A DNA stretch of 64,000 bases from Enterobacteria phage GEC-3S, in the sequence record HE978309. The stretch is one strand, 5' to 3'. Within the stretch, counting starts at the first letter, position 1, and each line of letters opens with the position of its first letter. Below are positions 34,660-43,682 of this stretch, one piece after another. The notes below the pieces were generated by a model that was given only the letters and a program-made list of their open reading frames with translations, was not told where the DNA came from and did not search any database. A program made the translations under genes and the position numbers.

Positions 34660-34701
34660 TGAATTATAGCGGGGATTTCTCCCCGCGTCAACACTTATTT
34701 T
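34660..34701 (-). promoter_or_regulatory. promoter with palindromic spacer, just downstream of nrdA
   Basis: TTGACG, spacer CGGGGAGAAATCCCCGC, TATAAT. Confidence 0.5.
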
Positions 34702-36943
34702 ACAGCTTGCAAGATGAGCACTCGCTAGAGTCTTCCGTACCATCTGCACCGTCGCGAACGTTCGCATAATACAGGGTTTTCAGACCGTAATATTGAGCAA
34801 ACAACATATCATCTAAAACATCAGCAATATCGACTTTACCCGTCTTATAAGTGCTTGGGTCGTAGGATGTATTGGAACTAATCGCCTGGTCTACAAACTT
34901 CTGCATGATCGCTGCCAGTGTCAGATAAGGCTTGTTACCTTTCTTGATCAGTGTCCAAAGCAGGTCAATAACATCAGCATTATTCTCTACGTTCGGAATA
35001 ACCTGATTAAATTGCCCTTCTTTCGATCCTTTAACCGATACAATCCCGCGAGGCGGTTCAATACCGTTTGTGCTGTTAGACACCTGAGAAGACGACTCAC
35101 AAGGCATCAGCGCCGAAAGCGTACTGTTACGAATGCCATATTTTTTCAGGTCTTCGCGCAGTTCTTCCCAATCCATCTCATACACCGGATCAACCAGTTC
35201 ATCTACTGTCTTTTTGTACCAGTCGATAGGAAGTTCACCGCGACCATAGCGTGTTTCGTGCATCAGTTCGCAAGCACCCTTCTCTTTTGCTAGCTGCACA
35301 CTAGCTTTAATCAGAGCATATTGCAAGCGTTCAAACGTTTTATGCGTAAACTCGTTAGCGTCTTCATATGTGAAGAAATTATCTGCTAGATATGATGCAA
35401 AGTTAGTCACACCAACACCCAGAGAGCGACGTTTTTTGGCTGTCAGAGCTTGTTCTACAGGATAATCCTGGTAATCTAACAGGTTGTCAAGTGCACGCAC
35501 CATAACCATAGCAATGCGTTCTACTTCTTCCATATTTTCGATATCAAAGTTTCCTAAAACATATGCTGCCAAAGTGCATAGGCTGATCTCTGAATCATCA
35601 CGACCCATCGGTTTTGTAGGCAGAGCAATTTCACAACACAGGTTGGATTGTTTAATCGGTGCTACATTACGAATAAACGCCCCGTGATTGTTCATGTTGT
35701 CTGTGAACGTTGGGTAGATTCGACCAGTGTTAAAACGTTCAATTGCCACCGCTAAAAACAGGTCTTCGGCTTTAACACGAGTTTTACGAACACTCGGATC
35801 TTTTTCCAGTTTTTCGTAAAGCTGGCGGAAACCTTCCTCATCTCGGAAGTATAGATCCCACAACAAGCCACCTGCAACATCTGGACTAAACAGAGTAATG
35901 TAATCCCGTTTAAGGAATCGCTCTACCATCAGGTTATTAATCTGTACGCCGTAGTCAAGATGGCGAATGCGGTTATCTTCCACGCCCTTATTGTTCTTTA
36001 ACACAATCAGACTTTCAAACTCTAAATGCCACATTGGGTAATAGAGAGTCGCCGCCCCGCCACGAATACCGCCTTGTGAGCATGACTTAACGGCAGTCTG
36101 AAAATGTTTCCAGAATGGGATAACGCCAGTATGACGAACTTCACCATGCCCGATCTTAGATCCTTCCGCGCGAATCATGCCAGCGTTGATACCGATACCC
36201 GCACGCTTGCTAATATACTTGATGATTGCATTTGCTGTTTCGTTGATGCCCTGCAATGAGTCATCACTTTCAATCACCACACACGAACTAAATTGGCGTG
36301 TTGGGGTACGCACACCAGCCATAATCGGAGTAGGCAGAGAGATTTGCTTATTCGAAACAGCATTATAAAAATCAATCACATGTTCAAGTCGATTTTCTGT
36401 CTCTTCTTGATGCAAGCACATACCGATCAGCATATACGCAAATTGCGGTGTTTCGATGATTTTCTTAGTGCTGCGATCCTGAACAAGATATTTCTCTTTT
36501 AACTGCATCGCACCAGCATAGGTCATTTTAAAATCAAGTTTATGGTCGATGAATTTCTCCAGATATTCCACTTCTTCACGGGAATACTTTTGCAGAATTT
36601 CACGATCATATTTTCCGGTTGCAATATTACGCTCAATATGGCTGTAAAAATCAATCGGTTGGAATTGACCGTATACTGATTTGCGAAGCGCGAACATTGC
36701 AAGGTTACTTGCTACATATTGATAATCGGGTGTTTCTACAGTAATGTTATCTGCTGCGACCTTAATCAATACTTTCTGGATATCATTGGTAGACATACCT
36801 TCTGTCAGAAGTGGTTCAACCATATCAAACAATTCATATGGATCAACGTTATGACCTTCGGCTGCCGCTTCCAGAATTTTCATTACTTTTTCTTTTTCAA
36901 ACGGAACAGTCAGACCGGAAGACTTAACAACATTTTTAATCAT
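34700..36943 (-). CDS. nrdA: ribonucleotide reductase large subunit
   Basis: 747 aa; class Ia RNR alpha features, synteny with nrdB. Confidence 0.9.
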   Translation of the reverse strand: MIKNVVKSSGLTVPFEKEKVMKILEAAAEGHNVDPYELFDMVEPLLTEGMSTNDIQKVLIKVAADNITVETPDYQYVASNLAMFALRKSVYGQFQPIDFYSHIERNIATGKYDREILQKYSREEVEYLEKFIDHKLDFKMTYAGAMQLKEKYLVQDRSTKKIIETPQFAYMLIGMCLHQEETENRLEHVIDFYNAVSNKQISLPTPIMAGVRTPTRQFSSCVVIESDDSLQGINETANAIIKYISKRAGIGINAGMIRAEGSKIGHGEVRHTGVIPFWKHFQTAVKSCSQGGIRGGAATLYYPMWHLEFESLIVLKNNKGVEDNRIRHLDYGVQINNLMVERFLKRDYITLFSPDVAGGLLWDLYFRDEEGFRQLYEKLEKDPSVRKTRVKAEDLFLAVAIERFNTGRIYPTFTDNMNNHGAFIRNVAPIKQSNLCCEIALPTKPMGRDDSEISLCTLAAYVLGNFDIENMEEVERIAMVMVRALDNLLDYQDYPVEQALTAKKRRSLGVGVTNFASYLADNFFTYEDANEFTHKTFERLQYALIKASVQLAKEKGACELMHETRYGRGELPIDWYKKTVDELVDPVYEMDWEELREDLKKYGIRNSTLSALMPCESSSQVSNSTNGIEPPRGIVSVKGSKEGQFNQVIPNVENNADVIDLLWTLIKKGNKPYLTLAAIMQKFVDQAISSNTSYDPSTYKTGKVDIADVLDDMLFAQYYGLKTLYYANVRDGADGTEDSSECSSCKL

Positions 36944-37011
36944 ATTACCTCACTTCATATTTTAGCAGGAACAAGTTTATCCTCCATATTGGGGGCTTTC
37001 GCCCCCTTTGT

Positions 37012-38235
37012 TTATACTGCCATTTGAGCGGTGATCGCTGGATGGCTTTGATAGTTGTGAATTTTAAAATCTTTCGGAGTCTTTGTCAATACCTCATCTA
37101 AAGATTTAAATTCCGGCAACTCAATTGTTGGTTTATCAAACGGAACACGGCTTAACTGTTCCATAACTTGATCAAAATGGTTTTTGTAAATGTGGCAATC
37201 CCCACACTGATAAACCAGTTCGCCAACTTCTAACCCGCAAATCTTCGCGATGATATGCGTTAACAGTGCATAGCTCGCTACGTTGAACGGATTCCCTAAA
37301 AAGAGATCATTCGAACGCATGAAAAATAAACAACTCAATTTGTTGTCGTTGGAAACATAAAACTGTACCATCGGATGACATACACCTAACACAGCATTAT
37401 GCGTTTCCTGTACGTTCCATGAATCAATGATAATACGACGACTATACGGATCATTCTTGATCATGTCAATAACTTTTTGTAACTGGTCTTCCCAAATCTT
37501 CGGGCGATAGACATATTCTTCATCGTCTTTAGTGCTTGATGTGTCTACGTCCATACTAACAAACATCGTGGTATCCGGTGCTATAATATCCCCACCCAGA
37601 TAATCACTATCAAGCAGATAACCGAAATAACCATCATCTACCCATTCCTGGAATCCCCACAAGCAATATGCATCATTAACAAAATTAGATTGAGTCTTCC
37701 AGTGGTCTGCTACCAGAATATAATCAAACTCTTCATAACGCATACCACGCCAGATAGCACATAAACGGTCTTCTGTGTCATTGGTTGGCGTAAAGTCTTC
37801 TACCCACGGGTGCTTAAATGTATGTGTATATTTGCTCTTAACGCGCTTAATTTTGATTTCACCATGTGGATGAATCGGTTTGCGTCGCCACGCCATACCA
37901 TACATATTGCCGACATTATAACCATTGAATCGCAAGGGATTCTTTTCTTTCATATCAAGACAGTTGCCGCGCCAAATATCAAAGGCTTCCTCGTCAAACT
38001 TGCCGCGTGTAATTTCCTGTAAGCGACGGCGGTCAAGTGATCCCTCCATAAACCATAGCAATTCGCCAATCACAGAGGCTGTAGCCATCTTTTTAGTGGT
38101 CAGTAATGGGAAACCCTTGCTTAAATCAATTCGCATCTCTGCGCCGAATTTAGAGAGCGTACCTACCCCCGTGCGGTCTTCACGAGGACAGCCATTATCA
38201 AGAACATCACGCAACAGTTTCAAATATTCTTTCAT
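37012..38235 (-). CDS. td: thymidylate synthase with a large internal insertion
   Basis: 407 aa; conserved DRTGVGT, catalytic CHPMVQFYV, SNDLFLGNPFNVASYALL; roughly 120 extra residues between YGMAWRR and DPYSRRII; no intron. Confidence 0.85.
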   Translation of the reverse strand: MKEYLKLLRDVLDNGCPREDRTGVGTLSKFGAEMRIDLSKGFPLLTTKKMATASVIGELLWFMEGSLDRRRLQEITRGKFDEEAFDIWRGNCLDMKEKNPLRFNGYNVGNMYGMAWRRKPIHPHGEIKIKRVKSKYTHTFKHPWVEDFTPTNDTEDRLCAIWRGMRYEEFDYILVADHWKTQSNFVNDAYCLWGFQEWVDDGYFGYLLDSDYLGGDIIAPDTTMFVSMDVDTSSTKDDEEYVYRPKIWEDQLQKVIDMIKNDPYSRRIIIDSWNVQETHNAVLGVCHPMVQFYVSNDNKLSCLFFMRSNDLFLGNPFNVASYALLTHIIAKICGLEVGELVYQCGDCHIYKNHFDQVMEQLSRVPFDKPTIELPEFKSLDEVLTKTPKDFKIHNYQSHPAITAQMAV

Positions 38236-38476
38236 CCCACATCACCTTTTTCTTGTTGATTGCTTTCTTACGCAGTTTTGCTACTGTCTCGTCAATATCG
38301 ATAAAGACAACGCCACGGTCGAATATAGTAGCAGGTCTTGAGATATCGCTATTTTCTTGCACAGGAAGCCATGATGCGCTCGCTTCATCATAGAGATATT
38401 GTAAACCGTAATAATCTACGGCTACTGCGTAGTTTTCACTGGTAGCCGTCCATAATTGAATAATACCGACTTTCAT
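38207..38476 (-). CDS. hypothetical protein (89 aa)
   Basis: ORF track 38207..38503; start MKVGIIQLW coupled (TAATG) to the upstream mini-ORF. Confidence 0.45.
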   Translation of the reverse strand: MKVGIIQLWTATSENYAVAVDYYGLQYLYDEASASWLPVQENSDISRPATIFDRGVVFIDIDETVAKLRKKAINKKKVMWDERIFETVA

Positions 38477-38568
38477 TATTGTTCCCGTCCGCAATGTAAG
38501 CACCGACTACCAGCAAACATCAAAGATTCACCACAATGTTTGCACTCATAATCTGTAAGAATTTTCAT
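38476..38568 (-). CDS. zinc-ribbon mini-protein (30 aa)
   Basis: MKILTDYECKHCGESLMFAGSRCLHCGREQ; AAGAAGGCG RBS; coupled to the frd stop. Confidence 0.35.
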   Translation of the reverse strand: MKILTDYECKHCGESLMFAGSRCLHCGREQ

Positions 38569-38569
38569 G

Positions 38570-39139
38570 TTACGCCTTCTTACGTTCTAAAATTTGTTCG
38601 CTGATCAGGTAATTATCAAGGAAGTAATTATGTTCTTCTTTGGTTACAAAGTCAAAATACAATTCCTGAATCATTTCCTTAGAGATACCAACATCATATT
38701 CAAATGGATCGTTGATCCCTGAACGTTGAACATACGTTAACACAATACGGTCCGCAAAGTCAACCGCTTTTTCAATCAGGGAAGGTCCGCCGATAACACT
38801 TACCAAACCTTGCGTTTTCTCCAGGACTTTTAACAGATCCTTTAATTCAATTCCAGTATACACATTAGGCTGGTCGCCGTTTTTGGCTTTCGGTGTCGGC
38901 TTGCTGGCATCGGTACTAATAACCACATTAAGACGACCTTCCAGTGCTTTAGGGAGACTTTCAAAGGTATTACGTCCCATTACAACCGCCGCAAGATCAA
39001 CATCTCCCATAGTGCGCATTTTAAAGTTTTCCATGTCCTTTTTAATTGGACGCCCCCACGGTAAACCGCCTTTAAAACCAAAAGACCATTTTTCATCTGA
39101 CATTTTAGTGTCACCAATAGCAAATACACATTGAATCAT
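38570..39139 (-). CDS. frd: dihydrofolate reductase
   Basis: 189 aa; GLPWGRPIKKDMENF...VVMGRNTFESLP DHFR motifs. Confidence 0.85.
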   Translation of the reverse strand: MIQCVFAIGDTKMSDEKWSFGFKGGLPWGRPIKKDMENFKMRTMGDVDLAAVVMGRNTFESLPKALEGRLNVVISTDASKPTPKAKNGDQPNVYTGIELKDLLKVLEKTQGLVSVIGGPSLIEKAVDFADRIVLTYVQRSGINDPFEYDVGISKEMIQELYFDFVTKEEHNYFLDNYLISEQILERKKA

Positions 39140-39154
39140 AATATAAATCTCCCA

Positions 39155-39484
39155 TCAAATCAGTTTGAAATAGTTTTCGTTTACATTTTCTTCTGTGATT
39201 GCTGTCTTAAATTCTTGACCGTTATCCGGTGTGATGAAATAACGGTCAGAATAATCACGAAAACGTTTTAAGTGAGATACCCCAACATTAACACCATTTT
39301 CCCAAAAACGAAAGGTAATCATTTTTGGTTCATATCGATAGTCGCTGGTTAACACAGTACCATCACCGCGACGGGCTTCATAAACCGTAATACATTCACG
39401 ATTAGCGGCTTTAAGGCATTCTTCAATAGTGCCGCATGAGATAATACTTACTTTTTCATCTACGATTTGTTCTACAGTCCACAT
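39155..39484 (-). CDS. hypothetical protein (~109 aa)
   Basis: ORF track 39155..39517; the first ATG lies inside the promoter -10; second ATG has GAGAGGAT RBS. Confidence 0.45.
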   Translation of the reverse strand: MWTVEQIVDEKVSIISCGTIEECLKAANRECITVYEARRGDGTVLTSDYRYEPKMITFRFWENGVNVGVSHLKRFRDYSDRYFITPDNGQEFKTAITEENVNENYFKLI

Positions 39485-39512
39485 AATATAATCCTCTCTT
39501 TGTTTCGATATG

Positions 39513-39554
39513 TGCATTATACACTATTGCGTTACGCTGTCAACTCTTTTTCAA
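39513..39554 (-). promoter_or_regulatory. early promoter (sigma70-like)
   Basis: TTGACA, about 16 nt, TATAAT. Confidence 0.5.
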
Positions 39555-40710
39555 AAGATTTTACGATATACATGATGGTGCTCAATTCGGACGGCGCTAC
39601 TGTCTCTGTGTAGCCATCCGGCATATCTTCTTTCGAGATATAGGAAGTTTTACCTTTCATTGCTTCCTTGATTTTGTTCTCTAATTCTAAGATCTTTTGA
39701 CCGTCTTGTAAAGTCAATTCATAAAAGATCTCATGATCGAACTTTGAAACACGAGATTGGTTTCTCATGCGCTCATGTGTTTCTTTGTTTGTTATTCCAA
39801 ATTTCACGCCAACAAAGGAATCATTGTTGGTTAATTTCTGTATATAAAGAGTTCCTGTCTTTAATGCCTGATAACCATGCTTAGAACACAACGGGCAGCG
39901 TGTTCCGCGATTAACAAAATTATCAATAGTTACATCCCATTCATGGTTACGTTCGCATGTCAGAAGTATTCTTGTTAATGCACCTTTCCACTTTCCTGAA
40001 ATCCCAATAAATTTTAGTCTGTTGGTTTCGCATATTTTTTCAATTTGTTTTAATCGGTCACTTTTTGTTATTGGTGCTGTTCCGCTACATTTGCGACACC
40101 GACGACCTAGTTTGAACTTATCATAACTTTGTTCGTAAATGTGATTATTAGGACACTCAAATTTAAGTTTAGTTTTTGTTCCTCTCCATTCCCCAATTAT
40201 ACCCAAAAATTTATAATCTCCTTTATTTTCATTTATATAAGATAAGGAATCTTCTTTATCATGCATCTTGCCCCCGTTACATAAAGGACATCTTGTTTTT
40301 TGATGAATGAAATCTGTATATGTTGGTTGGTATGTGTGTCCGTTTGTACAGTTCATAATGAGTCTTGTTCTGCTATTTTTATACTCCCCACCAACAAAAC
40401 CAACAAATACATCGTTTGTTTCTTGTTTTATTCTTTCTATCACATTGTTTGGGTTTAATCTTTGAGAATCAACCACACATTTCTTACACGAAACTTTTTT
40501 CCTGATATTTGCTAGAGTTGATGTGTATTCATGCTTGTTATTACATAATATAAGAGCTTTTGTTTTGAGACCAGACCATTCTCCAACAAACCCCATGAAA
40601 GAATAACCAACTTCCAAACATGATTTTTTTACAACATTTTCCCAATAGAAGGGAGTTTTCGTGTTTCCTTTTATTTCTATACGAATCTCATGTGCTTGAC
40701 GTACTAACAT
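39532..40710 (-). CDS. protein with four zinc-ribbon repeats and a C-terminal T5orf172/GIY-YIG-like domain
   Basis: ORF track 39532..40755; start MLVRQAHEIR with GGAGGA RBS; four repeats of G..G.W.G..TK....C...H.Y...(F)....RC..C; C-terminal GTLYIQKL...VGVKFGITN. Confidence 0.55.
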   Translation of the reverse strand: MLVRQAHEIRIEIKGNTKTPFYWENVVKKSCLEVGYSFMGFVGEWSGLKTKALILCNNKHEYTSTLANIRKKVSCKKCVVDSQRLNPNNVIERIKQETNDVFVGFVGGEYKNSRTRLIMNCTNGHTYQPTYTDFIHQKTRCPLCNGGKMHDKEDSLSYINENKGDYKFLGIIGEWRGTKTKLKFECPNNHIYEQSYDKFKLGRRCRKCSGTAPITKSDRLKQIEKICETNRLKFIGISGKWKGALTRILLTCERNHEWDVTIDNFVNRGTRCPLCSKHGYQALKTGTLYIQKLTNNDSFVGVKFGITNKETHERMRNQSRVSKFDHEIFYELTLQDGQKILELENKIKEAMKGKTSYISKEDMPDGYTETVAPSELSTIMYIVKSFEKELTA

Positions 40711-40737
40711 ATTTTTATCCTCCGTTGTTTCGATGAT

Positions 40738-40779
40738 TGTATTATACATTACCACATCAGCATGTCAATACATTTTCAT
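40738..40779 (-). promoter_or_regulatory. early promoter (sigma70-like)
   Basis: TTGACA, 16-17 nt, TATAAT, directly after the gp32 terminator. Confidence 0.5.
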
Positions 40780-40789
40780 AAAATTTTAG

Positions 40790-40820
40790 GCAATAAAAAA
40801 GCCTTCCCGAAGGAAGGCTT
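40790..40820 (-). terminator. rho-independent terminator after gene 32
   Basis: hairpin AAGCCUUCC-UUCG-GGAAGGCUU then UUUUUUAU. Confidence 0.55.
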
Positions 40821-40829
40821 TAAAATTCA

Positions 40830-41804
40830 TTACATCGCTAACAGAGAGTCAAGGTCATCCAGATCAGAAGCGGAGGAAGTACCGCCACCCAGGTCCAGAG
40901 ATGCCATCAGGTCATCAGCGGAAGAATCTAACGCCGTGCTAGCTGCGTTAATACCAACTACAGTGCTAGCTGCGGTAATACCAGAGTCGAATGCATTCAT
41001 CTGTGCGTCAAAATCGTCAAGCTGACTGTTAATCGCTGCCGCAGCACTGGAAGCCGCAGCACCCGCTACCATAGAAACGCCCATAGTTTTCTTAAATTTG
41101 GTTTCCAGTTCATCGAACGGTTTAAACTGGCTAGGCGCTACAATCTCACTCAGATCAACCATGTTTTCCATCAGATATTTCTGATATGCTTCGTCTTCAA
41201 TCTTCGGAAGCTGTGATTGCTGCATGAAACGAGAATCATCATAGTTCTGGTGTTTATCAACCTTCTTAGCTTTCAGGAGGAAGTTAGCACCGGAGAACAC
41301 ACAAGTTACATCTACCGGAACTTCGCCCATGTCGGTATTCACGTTCACCATTGCAACGATCTTATCATAAATTTTCTGACCGAATCGGAATTTGAATACT
41401 TTACCTTCATTTTCTGGTGCTTGAGGATCTTTCAGTACAAGAATGTTTGCGTAGTAAGACGCTTTACGCTTAATCAGTTGCCATTCGGTTTTATCGGTAT
41501 TGTATAGGTCTTTTTCGTTAATATATTTGCACACAGGGCAAGAATCAAAATCACCGTGGGTGCTGGAGCAGTTTTCCCAATACCATTTACCATTAACTTT
41601 GAAGGAATGGTTTACCAGTTTCACAATCGGCAGACCGTCTTCTGTCTTAGACGGCAGGAAGCGAATCAGGGCTTCACCGTTACCTGCTGCATCAGTCTTA
41701 ATCTTCCACTCTTTCGGATCTTCTTTTGAGAAACCGTTGCCACCTTTCAGTGCGGCCAGTTGAGCTTGCAGTTTGGAAGAATCTTGGCGTTTAAACATAT
41801 TCAC
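40830..41804 (-). CDS. 32: gp32 single-stranded DNA-binding protein
   Basis: 324 aa; zinc-binding C/H cluster and acidic Ser/Asp-rich C-terminal tail as in T4 gp32; synteny. Confidence 0.9.
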   Translation of the reverse strand: MNMFKRQDSSKLQAQLAALKGGNGFSKEDPKEWKIKTDAAGNGEALIRFLPSKTEDGLPIVKLVNHSFKVNGKWYWENCSSTHGDFDSCPVCKYINEKDLYNTDKTEWQLIKRKASYYANILVLKDPQAPENEGKVFKFRFGQKIYDKIVAMVNVNTDMGEVPVDVTCVFSGANFLLKAKKVDKHQNYDDSRFMQQSQLPKIEDEAYQKYLMENMVDLSEIVAPSQFKPFDELETKFKKTMGVSMVAGAAASSAAAAINSQLDDFDAQMNAFDSGITAASTVVGINAASTALDSSADDLMASLDLGGGTSSASDLDDLDSLLAM

Positions 41805-41858
41805 TATTCCTTCTTTTGATTAATTTACTAGACTATTATACAGATTTAAATTTACTTG

Positions 41859-42539
41859 TCAACTATTTGTTTCGGCTTTTAATTGAGATATTTCTTTACA
41901 CTCTTTAACTACTTTAACAAATAATGCTCTTGCTTTTGCGGCGTCAATAACAAGTAGTTTCTTGTACGCCTTCATTTTAACACTATAAGTTTGCCAAATC
42001 AAGTCTTTGGCTACCTTGTCGTGTTCGTCGATTATATTTAGAAAGCTATCTAACAACATAAACGACTCAAACGATATAATCCGATTTTGCAGTAGTTTAA
42101 AGATACCGCTAGTTTCGGTTGCGGGATTGTATGTAATTAGCTCTTTAAGAGTAACCCCGCGTTTCTCGGAGAAGTATACCAGACTTTTAATGTCATCGTC
42201 AAATCTTGTTGCTGCATCGGTTATCTTTCCTATGTATTCCATATAAAAGCCGTATGCGTCAACATCAGTGATTTCACCTACCCATGCATCGGTATTAGCT
42301 ACCAGATTGCTTAGGAATAAGAAGTATAATTCTCTTAGATTGTACTTTTCCGCTAATTTTGCGAAATAATACTTATCTCTGCGTTTATTGAATGCGGCAT
42401 CAGACAACCGCATCCTCCAATTGTATTTTACGCAATCATAACGCCCGTTCATATGAGCTTTCATCATGCAATATAACATATACACAGATTTAGCATTAAT
42501 TCGCATATCTGGATCTGGAGGAAGACGGTTTCTGATCAT
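41859..42539 (-). CDS. 59: gp59 helicase loader
   Basis: 226 aa; KSVYMLYCMMKAHMNGRYD...YNWRMRLSDAAFNKRRDKYYF matches T4 gp59. Confidence 0.9.
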   Translation of the reverse strand: MIRNRLPPDPDMRINAKSVYMLYCMMKAHMNGRYDCVKYNWRMRLSDAAFNKRRDKYYFAKLAEKYNLRELYFLFLSNLVANTDAWVGEITDVDAYGFYMEYIGKITDAATRFDDDIKSLVYFSEKRGVTLKELITYNPATETSGIFKLLQNRIISFESFMLLDSFLNIIDEHDKVAKDLIWQTYSVKMKAYKKLLVIDAAKARALFVKVVKECKEISQLKAETNS

Positions 42540-42548
42540 ACATACCCC

Positions 42549-42803
42549 TTAAATATCGAGAGTGTTGGTCGGTTCGTCGATCACTCCCTTCCTGAGCGTT
42601 CTATTTACTATACATTCTTGTGTGATCTTGTCAATAATGGACACCGGAATATACTTCTGATAGTGACCATATTCTATAGAGTTTTCCTCGACAAACTGAG
42701 TTGTCGCTTCAAGATAAGTCAATCCCTCTTCAACAACCAGTTTTTCGATTGCAAGACCGTTTGCTGTTTTATTCGCGGCTTTTACCGCATGTTCATTAAG
42801 CAT
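42549..42803 (-). CDS. 33: gp33 late transcription co-activator
   Basis: ORF track 42549..42818; IEKLVVEEGLTYLEATTQFVEENSI...PTNTLD matches T4 gp33. Confidence 0.8.
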   Translation of the reverse strand: MLNEHAVKAANKTANGLAIEKLVVEEGLTYLEATTQFVEENSIEYGHYQKYIPVSIIDKITQECIVNRTLRKGVIDEPTNTLDI

Positions 42804-43071
42804 TGAACACCCGATCATAGAGTTCTACCGCTTCATCGCGTTCTGCTTCGAAGGTTTCGCGCTGTTGCTGGTGATACAGTTTAAACAGAATGCCCCACAT
42901 TTTACCATCTACACCTAATTCTTCTTTAGCACGCTGTTTGATCTCTTTGATCTTATCGCCATATGCTTCTTGAATGGTTTTCTGATCGCTGGCTTCTTTA
43001 ATCAGTTGTGCCAGGGTATTTCCGTGCGCTGCTTCGTCAAATACTACTTTTTCTTTTTTCTGTTCAGTCAT
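42796..43071 (-). CDS. small protein in the DsbA (dsDNA-binding) position
   Basis: 91 aa, size and position as T4 dsbA; no motif confirmation. Confidence 0.4.
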   Translation of the reverse strand: MTEQKKEKVVFDEAAHGNTLAQLIKEASDQKTIQEAYGDKIKEIKQRAKEELGVDGKMWGILFKLYHQQQRETFEAERDEAVELYDRVFNA

Positions 43072-43075
43072 AATA

Positions 43076-43672
43076 TTAACCCTCTTTCGTCATTAATTGA
43101 AAACCACGTTCAGCTTTTGAAATTTCGCTAGGACTTAAATCGTCACCCACATATTCTAGCATCATTTCTCGGATAATGTCAAGTGCTTTTTCATCGCCTG
43201 ATTTTAACTCAAACTCAAGTTCATAGTGAGCATCTCCCATTACTTCGCCGACTTTGCAATAATAGAAAGTGTCTCTGCACATTTCCACTATACCACAACC
43301 CATATCTAGAGTCAATGACTTGCGGTATGTCATTACTTGAAGTAAAGGAACGATAAGGTCGGAGTTTACGCCTAGACTATCAACATAGTGATAGAAATCA
43401 TCCATTGTTGAAAAAGTAATTTCTTCTCGGTTGAATAGTCCAGATTCACCATCACCTATTTTGACCATGATCAATGATCTATTAACGTCAAGTCGTGCAT
43501 AAATTCCTTTTTGACGTAGAGCATGATCTTTGGTATCATAATAAAATTCGTGTTTTATAATGTTATCTCGGTCTACGAGATTGTACCCGTCATACATTGC
43601 TACCCACAAATCACAGATTGTTTCGACGCCAATTTGTGAGTGTGCATAGTATTTTAATTCAAGTTCTTTCAT
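43076..43672 (-). CDS. CYTH-domain (triphosphate tunnel metalloenzyme-like) protein
   Basis: 198 aa; N-terminal ELELKYY (ExExK), EFYYDTKDHALRQKGIYARLD, YELEFELK. Confidence 0.5.
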   Translation of the reverse strand: MKELELKYYAHSQIGVETICDLWVAMYDGYNLVDRDNIIKHEFYYDTKDHALRQKGIYARLDVNRSLIMVKIGDGESGLFNREEITFSTMDDFYHYVDSLGVNSDLIVPLLQVMTYRKSLTLDMGCGIVEMCRDTFYYCKVGEVMGDAHYELEFELKSGDEKALDIIREMMLEYVGDDLSPSEISKAERGFQLMTKEG

Positions 43673-43682
43673 GTGTCAACCC

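Noticed and set aside
37485-37857. Extra segment inside thymidylate synthase, considered as an intein or a group I intron like the T4 td intron
   Set aside because: The reading frame is continuous, the segment lacks the Cys/Ser N-terminus and His-Asn C-terminus of inteins, and no intron-like structure or homing endonuclease ORF interrupts the gene; treated as a protein-level insertion
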